DNA from: Macrostomum lignano
Lineage: Eukaryota
Reading direction: 5' to 3'
Assembly: GCA_002269645.1 (NCBI GenBank)
Contig: NIVC01000163.1
Span: forward strand, 62,001-126,000
DNA: 64,000 bases
Below, in pieces: positions 11,238 through 23,650 of the stretch; the first letter of the stretch is position 1; every line of letters begins with the position of its first letter. Under the pieces are notes generated by a model. The model worked only from the letters and a program-made list of their open reading frames with translations, was not told where the DNA came from and did not search any database. The position numbers were made by a program, and so were the translations under genes.

Positions 11238-12461
11238 GACCAGACAATTCTAAATTTAATTCTCAGGTTAAATACAAGTAGCTCGATCTTACTTTCGTAG
11301 AAAGCTGCAGAAATGCACATCCTGATTCTAAGTTGTAGTTGTTTACAAATCAGAGTCCAAATAATTGAAAGATAGTAAAAAATCATTAAGTACACATGCA
11401 TCCTGCCCATCAGTCAGGTCTGATCAATTAGTCAAAAGGCCTAAGCAATTTTTAAAATTATGACACTGACAAATATTAGTTTAAGTTAATTGTATTTAAG
11501 TACATGTACATGCATTATGTTAACCATATATACCTGTAGGCTTTAACAGTTATATTCTTGGAATCAAATCGGGATTACATGCATAGATGTATAAAAAAAG
11601 TGGATAAAATTGGCCAATTTTTCTAATTCTTATTAGTTAAGCGTGCACGTTTGTAGGCCAAAGTGGCACAAAGTAGGTCAAATCGAATGGACATAGACTC
11701 ATAGAGCTAGATCTCGATCGGGCAAAAAAACAACCAGACTCCGTGCACACAACGCGACGACACAAGCCTACAACATATAATACACGCTATAGTACCTTAG
11801 GAGAGTTGTCAGGACAAACAGGATTTTGAGCCTAACAAGCCAATTGTAGGAAAGGAAATTGTAGATTTATATGGTGAAAAATGACATAGCGATTGATTCT
11901 ATTATTTGTGGATTATAAAAGTGCAAAACTCAGAGTGAAAAATTATTCCCACTTGAATTCAGTGTATAGCATCGTTCGTCTCGAAAAAATCCCAAAATTA
12001 TAATTAAAACTAAAGTCTGTTTTGCCTTAAAGTACATGCACACTTTCATTAAAACGAATTGTTTTATTTACGAAAATAAACAAATTGCAGGATTTCAAAA
12101 AAATCATCAGAATACAAAATTATAAAGCTAGAACTATAAAACAAAGATACAAAGTAAGAAACTATGCGGCTATCAAACTCTGGAGGAAAAGCAAATCCAT
12201 ATTTTTAACTTTAATTAGCATTAATAAAATCGAATACTTGACATAATTTTCGCGCACCACGAGATCTGCAAGCCAAACACGAGCTATAGTACTATTATGT
12301 AGTAAGTACTATATACCTAAACTCTGTAACTACGCAAATCTCTGAGCGGGAAAGCAGGTGCAAATCAATATATTCGGTGATTTAAACAGTCATTTTTACA
12401 ATTGGATTTTTTTTAAATCGCATCAACTTTGGCTCGAATCGAAATAACCTGCTGTTGCCGA

Positions 12462-12509
12462 CTACCGCCGCTTGCAGTCACCGTCTTGGAAAAGATGATT
12501 GCCAAAAGT
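12462..12509 (-). CDS. candidate CDKL terminal exon (option B)
   Basis: tttttcag| with phase-0 entry gives TFGNHLFQDGDCKRR*. Fits the 14472 donor. No homology support. Confidence 0.3.
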   Translation of the reverse strand, partial: TFGNHLFQDGDCKRR

Positions 12510-12639
12510 CTGAAAAACATTGGTTTACTTTAAGTAGTTTGGATTCCTTTTTGCTTTGGTTATTGGTTTTTCTACCACTACCAGACATAGACGGATAAAA
12601 CGGAAAATGATGGCTATTGGTGCTTTTTTTATGGTGCTG

Positions 12640-13233
12640 GCGCCCATTAGCGCCCATTAAGCCCCTGGTGCTAAAGCCCCTGGTGATAAAGCCCCTTGTG
12701 CTAAAGCCCCTGGTGCTAAAGCCCCTGGTGCTAAAGCCCCTGGTGCTAAAGCCCCTGGTGATAAAGCCCCTTGTGCTAAAGCCCCTGGTGCTAAAGCCCC
12801 TGGTGCTAAAGCCCCTGGTGCTAAAGCCCCTGGTGCTAAAGCCCCTGGTGCTAAAGCCCCTGGTGCTAAAGCCCCTGGTGCTAAAGCCCCTGGTGATAAA
12901 GCCCCTTGTGCTAAAGCCCCTGGTGCTAAAGCCCCTGGTGCTAAAGCCCCTGGTGCTAAAGCCCCTTGTGCTAAAGCCCCTGGTGCTAAAGCCCCTGGTG
13001 ATAAAGCCCCTTGTGCTAAAGCCCCTGGTGCTAAAGCCCCTGGTGCTAAAGCCCCTTGTGCTAAAGCCCCTGGTGATAAAGCCCCTTGTGCTAAAGCCCC
13101 TGGTGATAAAGCCCCTTGTGATAAAGCCCCTTGTGCTAAAGCCCCTGGTGATAAAGCCCCTTGTGCTAAAGCCCCTGGTGATAAAGCCCCTTGTGATAAA
13201 GCCCCTTGTGCTAAAGCCCCTGGTGCTAAAGCC
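12640..13233. repeat. 15-bp minisatellite
   Basis: Unit AAAGCCCCTGGTGCT with GAT/CTT variants. Confidence 0.95.
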
Positions 13234-13686
13234 GTACTTTAAACTACGCTACGCTCATAGAATAAAGGATAATTTTGTTTCTTAGAAATTATTCGAAAAG
13301 TTTCTGATGCAGGAGCTTATTTTTTAGTTTGTCACGGTTTTCTCATTAAATATTAAATTTTCCAAAAACGCTGAACCTTTGATACTATTTCAAAAAACTT
13401 TCAGCCCCATTTCTTTTGATCCTTCATACAATTCACAGCTTTAAGCTAGCGAATTTCTTAGATTTCTATACGCAGAAAAAACTTAAAGATTATAAATTAA
13501 AAAGCAAAAGTCAATGTTTATTACTGGATTAGTAGTGATGAAAGAGTGTTAGTACGAGTACCATAGTTGTTAGCTCACGAATTAGATTTACGCAGCTGCT
13601 CTCATTCGCATGATTAACAAAGTATAGTTGTTTAAGGATGCTAATTCCTCCAATTCCAACAATTATAGTCGGTTAGCTTCAAGCGC

Positions 13687-13760
13687 TTAGCACAGGTGAA
13701 AGTGAGGTTGACCTTTTCTTGGCTTCGAATTGTACATTCCAGTTTTTGAGGACTGGTGAA
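13687..13760 (-). CDS. candidate CDKL terminal exon (option A)
   Basis: ttttag| with phase-1 entry gives IHQSSKTGMYNSKPRKGQPHFHLC*. Fits the 14492 donor. No homology support. Confidence 0.3.
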
Positions 13761-13861
13761 CTAAAATTTGGATGCGTTAAAATATTCGATATAATAAAAA
13801 ACTGCAATTGTACATTCTAATGTACATGGCGAGAGCCATACCACAACTCATTCCTACTCCG

Positions 13862-14415
13862 ACTGTTAACCCAACCACTTTTTTTCTAACCCTGGCTGTT
13901 AACCCCCACCACCCCTTTCTTTTCTAACCATGGCTGTAAACCCCCACCACCCCTTTCTTTTCTAACCGTGGCTGTGAACCCCCACCACCCCTTTCTTTTC
14001 TAACCCTGGCTGTGAACCCCCACCACCCCTTTCTTTTCTAACCCTAGCTGTTAACCCCAACCACCCCTTTCTTTTCTAATCCTGGCTGTGACCACTACCC
14101 CTTTCTTTTTTAAACCTGTCTGTGACCACTACCCCTTTCTTTTCTAACCCTGGCTGTTAACCCCCACCACCCCTTTCTTTTCTAACCCTGGCTGTGAACC
14201 CCCACCACCCCTTTCTTTTCTAACCCTGGCTGTTAAACCTCAACGCCCCTTTCTTTTCTAATCCAGGCTGTGACCACTACCCCTTTCTTTTATAACCCTG
14301 GTTGTGACCACTACCCCTTTCTTTTCTAACCCTGGCTGTTAACCCCACCACCCCTTTCTTTCCTAACTCCAGCTACCCCCCCCCCCCCCCCAACACACCT
14401 TGGCTGTTAGACCCC
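13862..14415. repeat. about 38-bp minisatellite
   Basis: Unit AACCCTGGCTGTGAACCCCCACCACCCCTTTCTTTTCT. Confidence 0.9.
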
Positions 14416-14471
14416 GCCACAACTTATTCTTCATATAATCAATGTTTAAATGCACAAAAGTGCTTCTCTAC

Positions 14472-14835
14472 CATCTCTTCATCTGACTCACTTTCCGCCC
14501 CGGCACCGCGCACTTCCGGCAAGGAAATATTTCCGGCGTCCCCTAGTCCTCGAGAATGCAGCAACAGACTACTGTTGCCTTTGCCAGGAATACCCGGACC
14601 AAAACCCGCTGTTGCCGCTGTCGCTGTTGCCGCCGCGGCTGTTGCTGAACTATCAGACGACTGGAATTTCTTTTTCTGTCCGGCATTTGCGTAGCTGTAG
14701 CCGTAGATTCCGGTTGAAGCGCCGCCTCCTCCGGAAGCTCCAACGCCGGTCAACTTCTCCGGCGAGTAAGTGCCCTGCAGGGCGGTGGATTTCTTATAAA
14801 AATTGGTCGGCTTCTTCGATTTGGAGTCGTTCGTT
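14472..14835 (-). CDS. CDKL2: CDKL tail exon 9 (3' end ambiguous)
   Basis: ttcag|TNDSKSKKPTNFYKK...GIYGYSYANAGQKKKF...; phase-2 entry fits exon 8. Possible ends: donor GTGAGT at 14492 (phase 1), donor GTAGAG at 14472 (phase 0), or TGA at 14439. Confidence 0.7.
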
Positions 14836-14904
14836 CTGAAGAATGGAGAGAACGGTTTTAATGTGATGGATTTTCATTTTGTTTATTTCATTGGTGTAAA
14901 TATT

Positions 14905-15280
14905 CTAGCCTAATTGGGTCCACATTCTAGTCTAATCGGGGTGTATATTCCAGTTTAATTGGGGTCCATATTCTAGTCTAATCGGGGTCCATTTTCCAGT
15001 TTAATTGGGGTCCATATTCTAGTCTAATCGGGGTCCATATTCCTGTCTAATTGGGGTCCATTTTCTAGCCCAATTGGGCTCCATATTCCTGTCTAATTGG
15101 GGTCCATTTTCTAGCCCAATCGGGCTCCATATTCCTGTCTAATTGAGGTCCATTTTCTAGCCCAATCGGGCTCCATATTCCTGTCTAATTGGGGTCAATT
15201 TTCTAGCCCAATCGGGCTCCATATTCTAGCCTAATTGGCATCCATGTTCCAGTCTAATTGGGGTCAATATTCCAGCCTAA
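14905..15280. repeat. about 23-bp minisatellite, CDKL intron 8
   Basis: CTAATTGGGGTCCATATTCTAGT-type units. Confidence 0.9.
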
Positions 15281-15347
15281 TTTTAAGTGCCTACGAGTAT
15301 TCTACTTTTGTAATAGTTAATTCCCATTATAAGAAATCTTCTCTCAC

Positions 15348-15467
15348 CGCAATCCAGCGTGTCCTGCCCCGCCTACGCCGGACGAGAAGGCCGGTGCCAC
15401 ATTGTGCACCGCGAGCCCAACGCCTCCGCTGCCCGACCAAACGCTTGACTCTGTGTCATTTGGAAAA
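15348..15467 (-). CDS. CDKL2: CDKL tail exon 8
   Basis: ttgcag|FPNDTESSVWSGSGGVGLAVHNVAPAF...AGL|GTGAGA; 120 nt, phase 2 to 2. Confidence 0.65.
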
Positions 15468-15529
15468 CTGCAACGGTGTGTGTGTGTGTGTAGATAAGTT
15501 TTTTTGGAGTTTTACGAGTTTCTGATGTT

Positions 15530-16780
15530 TCAATAGGGTTTGTTATCTTGAGGCTTTGTTGGATTTTGAATAGGTTATTGCTGTTTCAAGATGGTTAGTC
15601 ATCTTGAGGCTGTGTTGGATGTTGAATGGGTTTTGTCGTTTTATTATTTATCAGGGTTTGTCATCTTGAGGCTGTGTTGGATGTTGAATGGGTTTTGTCG
15701 TTTTATTATTTATCAGGGTTTGTTATCTTGAGGCTTTGCTGGATGTTGACTGGGTTTTTGTCGTTTTATTATTTATCAGGGTTTGTTATCTTGAGGCGTT
15801 GTTGGATTTTGAATAGGTTATTGCTGTTTCAAGATGGTTAGTCATCTTGAGGCTGTGTTGGATGTTGAATGGGTTATTGTCGTTTTATTATTTATCAGGG
15901 TTTGTCATCTTGAGGCTGTGTTGGATGTTGAATGGGTTATTGTCGTTTTATTATTTATCAGGGTTTGTCATCTTAAGGCTGTGTTGGATGTTGAATGGGT
16001 TATTGTCGTTTTATTATTTATCAGGGTTTGTCATCTTGAGGCTGTGTTGGATGTTGAATGGGTTATTGTCGTTTTATTATTTATCAGGGTTTGTCATCTT
16101 AAGGCTGTGTTGGATGTTGAATGGGTTATTGTCGTTTTATTATTTATCAGGGTTTGTCATCTTAAGGCTGTGTTGGATGTTGAATGGGTTTTGTCGTTTT
16201 ATTATTTATCAGGGTTTGTCATCTTGAGGCTGTGTTGGATGTTGAATGGGTTATTGTCGTTTTATTATTTATCAGGGTTTGTCATCTTGAGGCTGTGTTG
16301 GATGTTGAATGGGTTATTGTCGTTTTATTATTTATCAGGGTTTGTCATCTTAAGGCTGTGTTGGATGTTGAATGGGTTATTGTCGTTTTATTATTTATCA
16401 GGGTTTGTCATCTTAAGGCTGTGTTGGATGTTGAATGGGTTTTGTCGTTTTATTATTTATCAGGTTTGTTATCTTGAGGCTGTGTTGGATGTTGAATGGG
16501 TTTTGTCGTTTTATTATTTATCAGGGTTTGTCATCTTAAGGCTGTGTTGGATGTTGAATGGGTTTTGTCGTTTTATTATTTATCAGGTTTGTTATCTTGA
16601 GGCTGTGTTGGATGTTGAATGGGTTATTGTTGTTTTATTATTTATCAGGTTTGTTATCTTGAGGCTGTGATGGGTGTTGAATGGGTTATGTGTCGTTTCA
16701 TTAGGGTTTGTCATCTTGAGGCGTTGTTTGGTTTTGAATGGGTTATTGTTTTTTCAATGGGGTTTGTATTCCTGTTGCGT
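15530..16780. repeat. 63-bp minisatellite, CDKL intron 7
   Basis: Unit GTCATCTTGAGGCTGTGTTGGATGTTGAATGGGTTATTGTCGTTTTATTATTTATCAGGGTTT. Confidence 0.95.
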
Positions 16781-16956
16781 TGTTGGATGCTGAATGGGTT
16801 GTTGTTGTTGTTGTTTTTTGCTGGGGTTTTCTAGATCTCAATCTCTATAAGTTTTGTTGTCTACTTGGTGACTTCAATATGTTTAAGGCGATATGCAATA
16901 GTCCAACATATACCATGTACAAAATGTACTTTTAGTTTACTATTCGAAAGGCCTAC

Positions 16957-17099
16957 CTGTGTGACGTCATCTGTGAGTGCTGGCTTATTGGGGGCATTAC
17001 TTTTCCGCTGCTGTTTTGATTGCCACCAGAAGCAGCAGATTCTGTTTGGTTTGCTTGCTGCTGCTGGTGCTGGTGGTGACTTGGCCCGTCGACCAGCTC
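16957..17099 (-). CDS. CDKL2: CDKL tail exon 7
   Basis: catcag|ELVDGPSHHQHQQQQANQ...QMTSH|GTAGGC; phase 0 to 2, consistent with neighbouring exons. Confidence 0.65.
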
Positions 17100-17467
17100 C
17101 TGATGGGTTTTGTCAAGTAATATTGTTATTATTCATAGCTGTCGGTAGCTTGACTTATTTAGCATACTTAAGCAACAGTAAATTGGTTGTGAATACGAAC
17201 AATCATTTGAAATCATTCAAGTCAAGTGAGGACGCATTGCTGAATTTTTATTCCATGAAATGACTGCTGTGCGACTGAGTAATATAACTGAAAATCTGTG
17301 AAGTAACTCTCAGAAGAATCTCTCAGATCACCTTGAGAAACTGTCCATATTCCAGAATCACTGTCTGAAACATTTAAAAGTTAAATTTCTATCACTAATA
17401 ATCTATTTTGTTGTTTAGTTTCCAAAAAAAGTTTTGAAAATCCGCCACTGTTTCACGATCGAGAATC

Positions 17468-18292
17468 TTTGATGTAGCCGACAGTAATACGGGCGTAAAA
17501 AATCAAACCATGAAGCAGCTTTGATGTAGCCGCCAATAACAAACAATTAAACCATGGAGCAGCTTTGATGTAGCCGCCAATAACAAACAATCAAACCATG
17601 GAGCAGCTTTGATGTAGCCGCCAATAACAAACAATCAAACCATGGAGCAGCTTTGATGTAGCCGCCAATAACAAACAATCAAACCATGGAGCAGCTTTGA
17701 TGTAGCCGCCAATAACAAACAATCAAACCATGGAGCAGCTTTGATGTAGCCGCCAATAACAAACAATCAAACCATGGAGCAGCTTTGATGTAGCCGCCAA
17801 TAACAAACAATCAAACCATGGAGCAGCTTTGATGTAGCCGCCAATAACAAACAATCAAACCATGGAGCAGCTTTGATGTAGCCGCCAATAACAAACAATC
17901 AAACCATGGAGCAGCTTTGATGTAGCCGCCAATAACAAACAATCAAACCATGGAGCAGCTTTGATGTAGCCGCCAATAACAAACAATCAAACCATGGAGC
18001 AGCTTTGATGTAGCCGCCAATAACAAACAATCAAACCATGGAGCAGCTTTGATGTAGCCGCCAATAACAAACAATCAAACCATGGAGCAGCTTTGATGTA
18101 GCCGCCAATAACAAACAATCAAACCATGGAGCAGCTTTGATGTAGCCGCCAATGACAAACAATCAAACCATGAAGCAGCTTTGATGTAGCCGCCAATGAC
18201 AAACAATCAAACCATGAAGCAGCATTGATGTAGCCGCCAATGACAAACAATCAAACCATGGAGCAGCGTTGATGTAGCCGCCAATGACAAAC
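17468..18292. repeat. 44-bp minisatellite, CDKL intron 6
   Basis: Unit TTGATGTAGCCGCCAATAACAAACAATCAAACCATGGAGCAGCT, nearly perfect. Confidence 0.95.
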
Positions 18293-18379
18293 ACAAAGCA
18301 TCCTATTGCTTTATGAATTATGATTCTACTCCCCCTCAATAGAATACTAAGTTACAGTCATATTTGATACAACGCCAAC

Positions 18380-18700
18380 CTCTGTAGGCTGCTCCTGAGC
18401 CGGCTCAGCAGGCGCAAGTTCCGATGCTTTGTGTCGCGTTGACGAGGTATCCGTTGACAGGGACTGCTGCTTAGGTTGCTGCTGCTGCTGCTGCTGCTGT
18501 TGAGCAGGTCGTTTTGACTTTGCTGCTGCTCCGCTGCCGGACGCGCCGCCGGAACCATTACTAGCTGACGCGTCCGTTTTTGCAAATTTCGATTCTAATT
18601 CGGCCAAGAATCGTTGAGCAAAATCGTTTAATTGGAAAAAGTCGTGCTCGAGAAGTTCCGTACAGCTGGGTCGATCGTCTGCCTCCATCAGTAGACAACT
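18380..18700 (-). CDS. CDKL2: CDKL kinase exon 6 (end of kinase domain and polyQ tail)
   Basis: acgcag|SCLLMEADDRPSCTELLEHDFFQLNDFAQRF...; donor GAG|GTTGGC. Alternative phase-0 donors exist slightly downstream. Confidence 0.85.
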
Positions 18701-18794
18701 CTGCGTATAGGTTTATGTAGTTTACAAATTTATTTAAAGTGTGCATTAACTGAGCTGCTGGGATGACTTGGCTAGATGTAGTTTTGTATGACGG

Positions 18795-19742
18795 TAGAGG
18801 GGTTTCGGGGCGAGGGGTTGGGGGTTTGAGGGGTGCGCGGTTTGAGTGGTGAGGGGTTTGAGGGTGAGGGGTTTGAGGGTGAGGGGTTTGAGGGTGAGGG
18901 GTTTGAGGGTGAGGGGTTTGAGGGTGAGGGTTTGAGGGTGAGGGGTTTGAGGGTGAGGGGTTTGAGGGTGAGGGGTTTGAGGGTGAGGGTTTGAGGGTGA
19001 GGGGTTTGAGGGTGAGGGGTTTGAGGGTGAGGGGTTTGAGGGTGAGGGGTTTGAGGGTGAGGGGTTTGAGGGTGAGGGGTTTGAGGAGTGCGCGGTTTGA
19101 GTGGTGAGGGGTTTGAGGGTGAGGGGTTTGAGGGTGAGGGGTTTGAGGGTGAGGGGTTTGAGGGTGAGGGGTTTGAGGGTGAGGGGTTTGAGGGTGAGGG
19201 GTTTGAGGGTGAGGGGTTTGAGGGTGAGGGGTTTGAGGGTGAGGGGTTTGAGGGTGAGGGGTTTGAGGGTGAGGGGTTTGAGGGTGAGGGGTTTGAGGGT
19301 GAGGGGTTTGAGGGTGAGGGGTTTGAGGGTGAGGGGTTTGAGGGTGAGGGGTTTGAGGGTGAGGGGTTTGAGGAGTGCGCGGTTTGAGTGGTGAGGGGTT
19401 TGAGGGTGAGGGGTTTGAGGGTGAGGGGTTTGAGGGTGAGGGGTTTGAGGGTGAGAGGTTTGAGGGTGAGGGGTTTGAGGGTGAGGGGTTTGAGGGTGAC
19501 GGGTTTGAGGGTGATGGGTTTGAGGGTGAGGGGTGAAGGGTTTGAGGGGTGAGGGGTTTGAGGGGTCAGGGGTGTGAGGGGTGAGGGGTTTGAGGGGTGA
19601 AGGGTTTGAGGGGTGAGGGGTTTGAGGGGTGAGGGGTTTGAGGGGTGAGGGGTGAGGGGGTGAGGGGGTGAGGGGTTTGAGGGGTGAGGGGTGTGAGGGG
19701 TGAGGGTTTTGAGGGGTGAGGGGTGTGAGGTGTGAGGTTTTG
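18795..19742. repeat. 15-bp G-rich minisatellite, CDKL intron 5
   Basis: Unit GAGGGGTTTGAGGGT. Confidence 0.95.
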
Positions 19743-19867
19743 TGAGTATTTGTAAGCTCAAAGGTGTGGTGAGTGTCCAATCTCTAAATAGAATCGATCG
19801 AACACTTATGCACGCTAAAAGTATAAAAAGGAGTCTGTAAGCAAAAAAGGCAGTATTTCGCTCGCAC

Positions 19868-20007
19868 CCGCATCATATCCACGGCCACTTTGTTACACTT
19901 TGGCAGCTTTCGCTCAAGAGGTTCAATAGATTTGGCTTCGGGTACTCGCATGCCGACAAAGAGCGGATTCTTATGGAAAATGTCACGATACCTTGGCGGA
20001 AGGTTGC
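19868..20007 (-). CDS. CDKL2: CDKL kinase exon 5
   Basis: cccgcag|GNLPPRYRDIFHKNPLFVGMRVPEAKSIEPLERKLPK...MMR|GTGCGA; 140 nt. Confidence 0.9.
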
Positions 20008-20087
20008 CTGCGGGATAAAAATGTTTTTTATCGGAATTAACTTATTGATCCATGCGTGTGGTAGTATTATCAGCATTTAGTACTCAC

Positions 20088-20200
20088 CAAGGCATCTAAC
20101 AATATGAAATAGTTGGTCAATATCAGAGTCGCCGGGGAACAGGGGTTCGCCAGTTAGCATCTCTGCTGCCAGACAGCCAATAGCCCAGATGTCGATCGGT
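20088..20200 (-). CDS. CDKL2: CDKL kinase exon 4
   Basis: PIDIWAIGCLAAEMLTGEPLFPGDSDIDQLFHIVRCL; 113 nt; AG/GT ends in phases 2 and 1. Confidence 0.95.
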
Positions 20201-20364
20201 CTACGCAAATGATTTTTGGAGGTCAGTAGGTGCACATTGTGATAACTTTGTTTTAGCATCCACTGTTGAGTAGAAGTGGGCTTGAAAGAAAGGTGTAACA
20301 AGCACCGGTTCATTTTTAGGCTTACAGGTGTGGTGGGTATTTTAACTGTTCAATCTCTAATAGT

Positions 20365-21085
20365 CATGAGCATCAGAGGTATGGGATGTTACATCATCAA
20401 ATAACCGTGAGCATCAGACGTGGAGGATATTACGTCACTAAATAACCGTGAGCATCAGAGGTGGAGGATTTTACGTCACCAAATAACCATGAGCATCAGA
20501 GGTGGAGGATGTTACATCACTAAATAACCGTGAGCATCAGAGGTGGAGGATGTTACGTAACTAAATAACCGTGAGCATCAGAGGTGGGATTTGCTATGGC
20601 ACCAAATAACCATGAGCATCAGAGGTGGATGATGTTACGTCACCGAATAACCGTGAGCATCAGAGGTGGAGGATGTTACATCACTAAATAACCATGAGCA
20701 TCAGAGGTGGAGGATGTTACATCACTAAATAACCGTGAGCATCAGAGGTGGAGGATGTTACGTAACTAAATAACCGTGAGCATCAGAGGTGGGATTTGCT
20801 ATGGCACCAAATAACCGTGAGCATCAGAGGTGGATGATGTTACGTCACCGAATAACCGTGAGCATCAGAGGTGGAGGATGTTACATCACTAAATAACCAT
20901 GAGCATCAGAGGTGGAGGATGTTACATCACTAAATAACCGTGAGCATCAGAGGTGGAGGATGTTACATCACTAAATAACCGTGAGAATCAGAGGTGGAGG
21001 ATGTTACGTCACTAAATAACAATGACCATCAGAAGTGGAGGATGTTACGTAACTAAATAACCGTGAGCATCAGAGGTGGAGGTTG
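20365..21085. repeat. 41-bp minisatellite, CDKL intron 3
   Basis: Unit AAATAACCGTGAGCATCAGAGGTGGAGGATGTTACATCACT. Confidence 0.95.
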
Positions 21086-21135
21086 CTATGTCTCCATGAT
21101 ATGATAAAAATGATAAGAACATGATTGAGAACTCA

Positions 21136-21342
<207 letters not shown>

Positions 21343-21471
21343 CTATGCTTATTTCATGAATCTACAGCTCTTATTGCTGCATTTTAATAACTTGTCTCTC
21401 TATCATAAGGCTATAAATTTATCGAAATAGCTCGTATATATAAGATATACCCAAACTCATCACCAACTTAC

Positions 21472-21666
21472 ATTGCTCTTATGGCAGTACTCAATACCGC
21501 GAATCACTTGAAACAAAACCCGTCTAGTGGTCATCTCATCGATTCCACGGGGATACTTTTCTAAGTGATCCAGCACAGTATAGTCAATATATTCGAACAC
21601 GAGGTACAGTCGCTTTTTCCGTCGGAAAACCTCCAACAAGTTCACGAGATTATCGTGGCGTAACGT
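21472..21666 (-). CDS. CDKL2: CDKL kinase exon 2
   Basis: ttccag|TLRHDNLVNLLEVFRRKKRLYLVFEY...YCHKSN|GTAAGT; 195 nt, phase 0 to 0. Confidence 0.93.
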
Positions 21667-21734
21667 CTGGAATGTCAGTTAAGAGTAGGTTTGCTGTTAA
21701 TAAACTGATACTTAAGGAGCAGCAAAAGTTGGGA

Positions 21735-22165
21735 TTTCGTGGTTGATAGACGTGTGATTTCATAGGCAATAAAAGTTAGGTTGGTTGCTGTGGTTGACAG
21801 ACTGTTGATTCAATGGGCAATAAAATTTTGGTCGTGGTTGATAAACTGCTGATTCTATGGGCAATAAAGTTTGGGTGATGGTTGATAAACTGCTGATTCT
21901 ATGGGCAATAAAATAGGGGTTGTGGTTGTGGCTGATAAACTGCTGATTCTATGGGCAATAAAGTTTAGGTGATGATTGATAAACTGCTGACTATATGGGC
22001 AATAAAATAGGGGTGGTGGTTGATTAACTGCTGATTCTATGGGCAATAAAATAGGGGTGGTGGATGATAAACTGCTGATTCTATGGGCAATAAAATCTGG
22101 GTGATGGTTGATAAACTGCTGACTCCATGGGCAATAAAATCTGGGTGGTGGTGTGGTTGACAGAT
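21735..22165. repeat. about 44-bp minisatellite, CDKL intron 1
   Basis: TTGATAAACTGCTGATTCTATGGGCAATAAAATAGGGGTGGTGG-type units. Confidence 0.9.
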
Positions 22166-22189
22166 TTAATTGGACATGAAAGTGTCTTA

Positions 22190-22405
<216 letters not shown>

Positions 22406-23004
22406 TCAATGCGCTGGGCAATCTAATGAAGTTTATCAAGGATAAGGTAACAGTTCAAAAATCTGACGAAGGCATGTTGCAGGAATGAATATCGATTTTT
22501 TCCGCGCTCGTGCCTGAGTCAGATTTGTCTGCTTCTGAAATATAAAATCAGGGAGAAAATTGCCTAAAATTGTGAAACGGTCCTATTCTCTTAATTTTGT
22601 CTTAAGAATTGAGGAGCACATTGAATTTTGGTTGCTAAGATCAACACAGGCTCACACACACTCACACACACACACAGATCAAAAAGACAATGGTAATACG
22701 TGTTCCGTGCTCAGACCTCATCCTCAGCCATCCAATGAGCTGTGTCAGTAGCCTAGCTAATCTATCTATCAGTGTACTGCACCTGCGGTAGATACCTGGG
22801 ATAGACTGCAAAGCTATTGCACATTTCCGCTATTCCTCTCTCCCCCATTCCCTATCGTGCCCTCGTGGTTTCTCCGCAACGCTGTAAGTAAAGCAGTAAT
22901 TGAAAGGAAAAAGATAGAAGCTTTCATTGTGCTAATTAATCATTAATGCTGCTGCTGTTCAGGCATAGGGGCTGCCTGTGAGTCTCTGGGCTTTCCAAGC
23001 GTAA

Positions 23005-23650
23005 AATAGATCTGAGTTGGCGCCATATAGATCTCTAAGTTGGCGCCATATAGATCTCTGAGTTGGCGCCATATAGATCTCTGAGTTGGCGACATATAGA
23101 TCTCTGAGTTGGCGCCATATAGATCTCTGAGTTGGCGCCATATAGATCTCTGAGTTGGCGCTATATAGATCTCTGAGTTGGCGCCATATAGATCTCTGAG
23201 TTGGCACCATATAGATCTCTGAGTTGGCGCTATATAGATCTCTGAGTTGGCGCCATATAGATCTCTGAGTGGTGCCATATAGATCTCTGAGTTGGCGCCA
23301 TATAGATCTCTAAGTTGGCGCCATACAGATCTCTGAGTTGGCGCCATATAGATCTCTGAGTTGGCGCTATATAGATCTCTGAGTTGGCGACATATAGATA
23401 TCTGAGTTGGCGCTATATAGATCTCTGAGTTGGCGCCATATAGATCTCTGAGTTGGCGTCATATAGATCTCTGAGTTGGCGCTATATAGATCTCTGAGTT
23501 GGCGCTATATAGATCTCTAAGTTGGCGCCATATAGATCTCTGAGTTGGCGCCATATAGATCTCTGAGTTGGCGCTATATAGATCTCTGAGTTGGCGCCAT
23601 ATAGATCTCTAAGTTGGCGTCATATAGATCTTTGTGTGGTGCCATATCGG
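23005..23650. repeat. 23-bp minisatellite upstream of CDKL
   Basis: Unit ATATAGATCTCTGAGTTGGCGCC. Confidence 0.95.

Noticed and set aside
12617-13285. Repeat-derived ORFs here and at 15834-16670, 18746-19780, 30626-31355, 42074-42541, 46901-47653 and 56324-56797
   Set aside because: Periodic peptides simply mirror the tandem units, and several lie within introns of real genes.
17220-17364. Possible extra CDKL exon reading DSDSGIWTVSQG after a tttcag acceptor
   Set aside because: Needs a phase-1 donor that exon 6 does not offer, and all frames close before the next donor.
17468-18292. CRISPR-like appearance of regular 23-63 bp repeats
   Set aside because: Units are head-to-tail with no unique spacers, no cas genes are present, and the context is eukaryotic introns.
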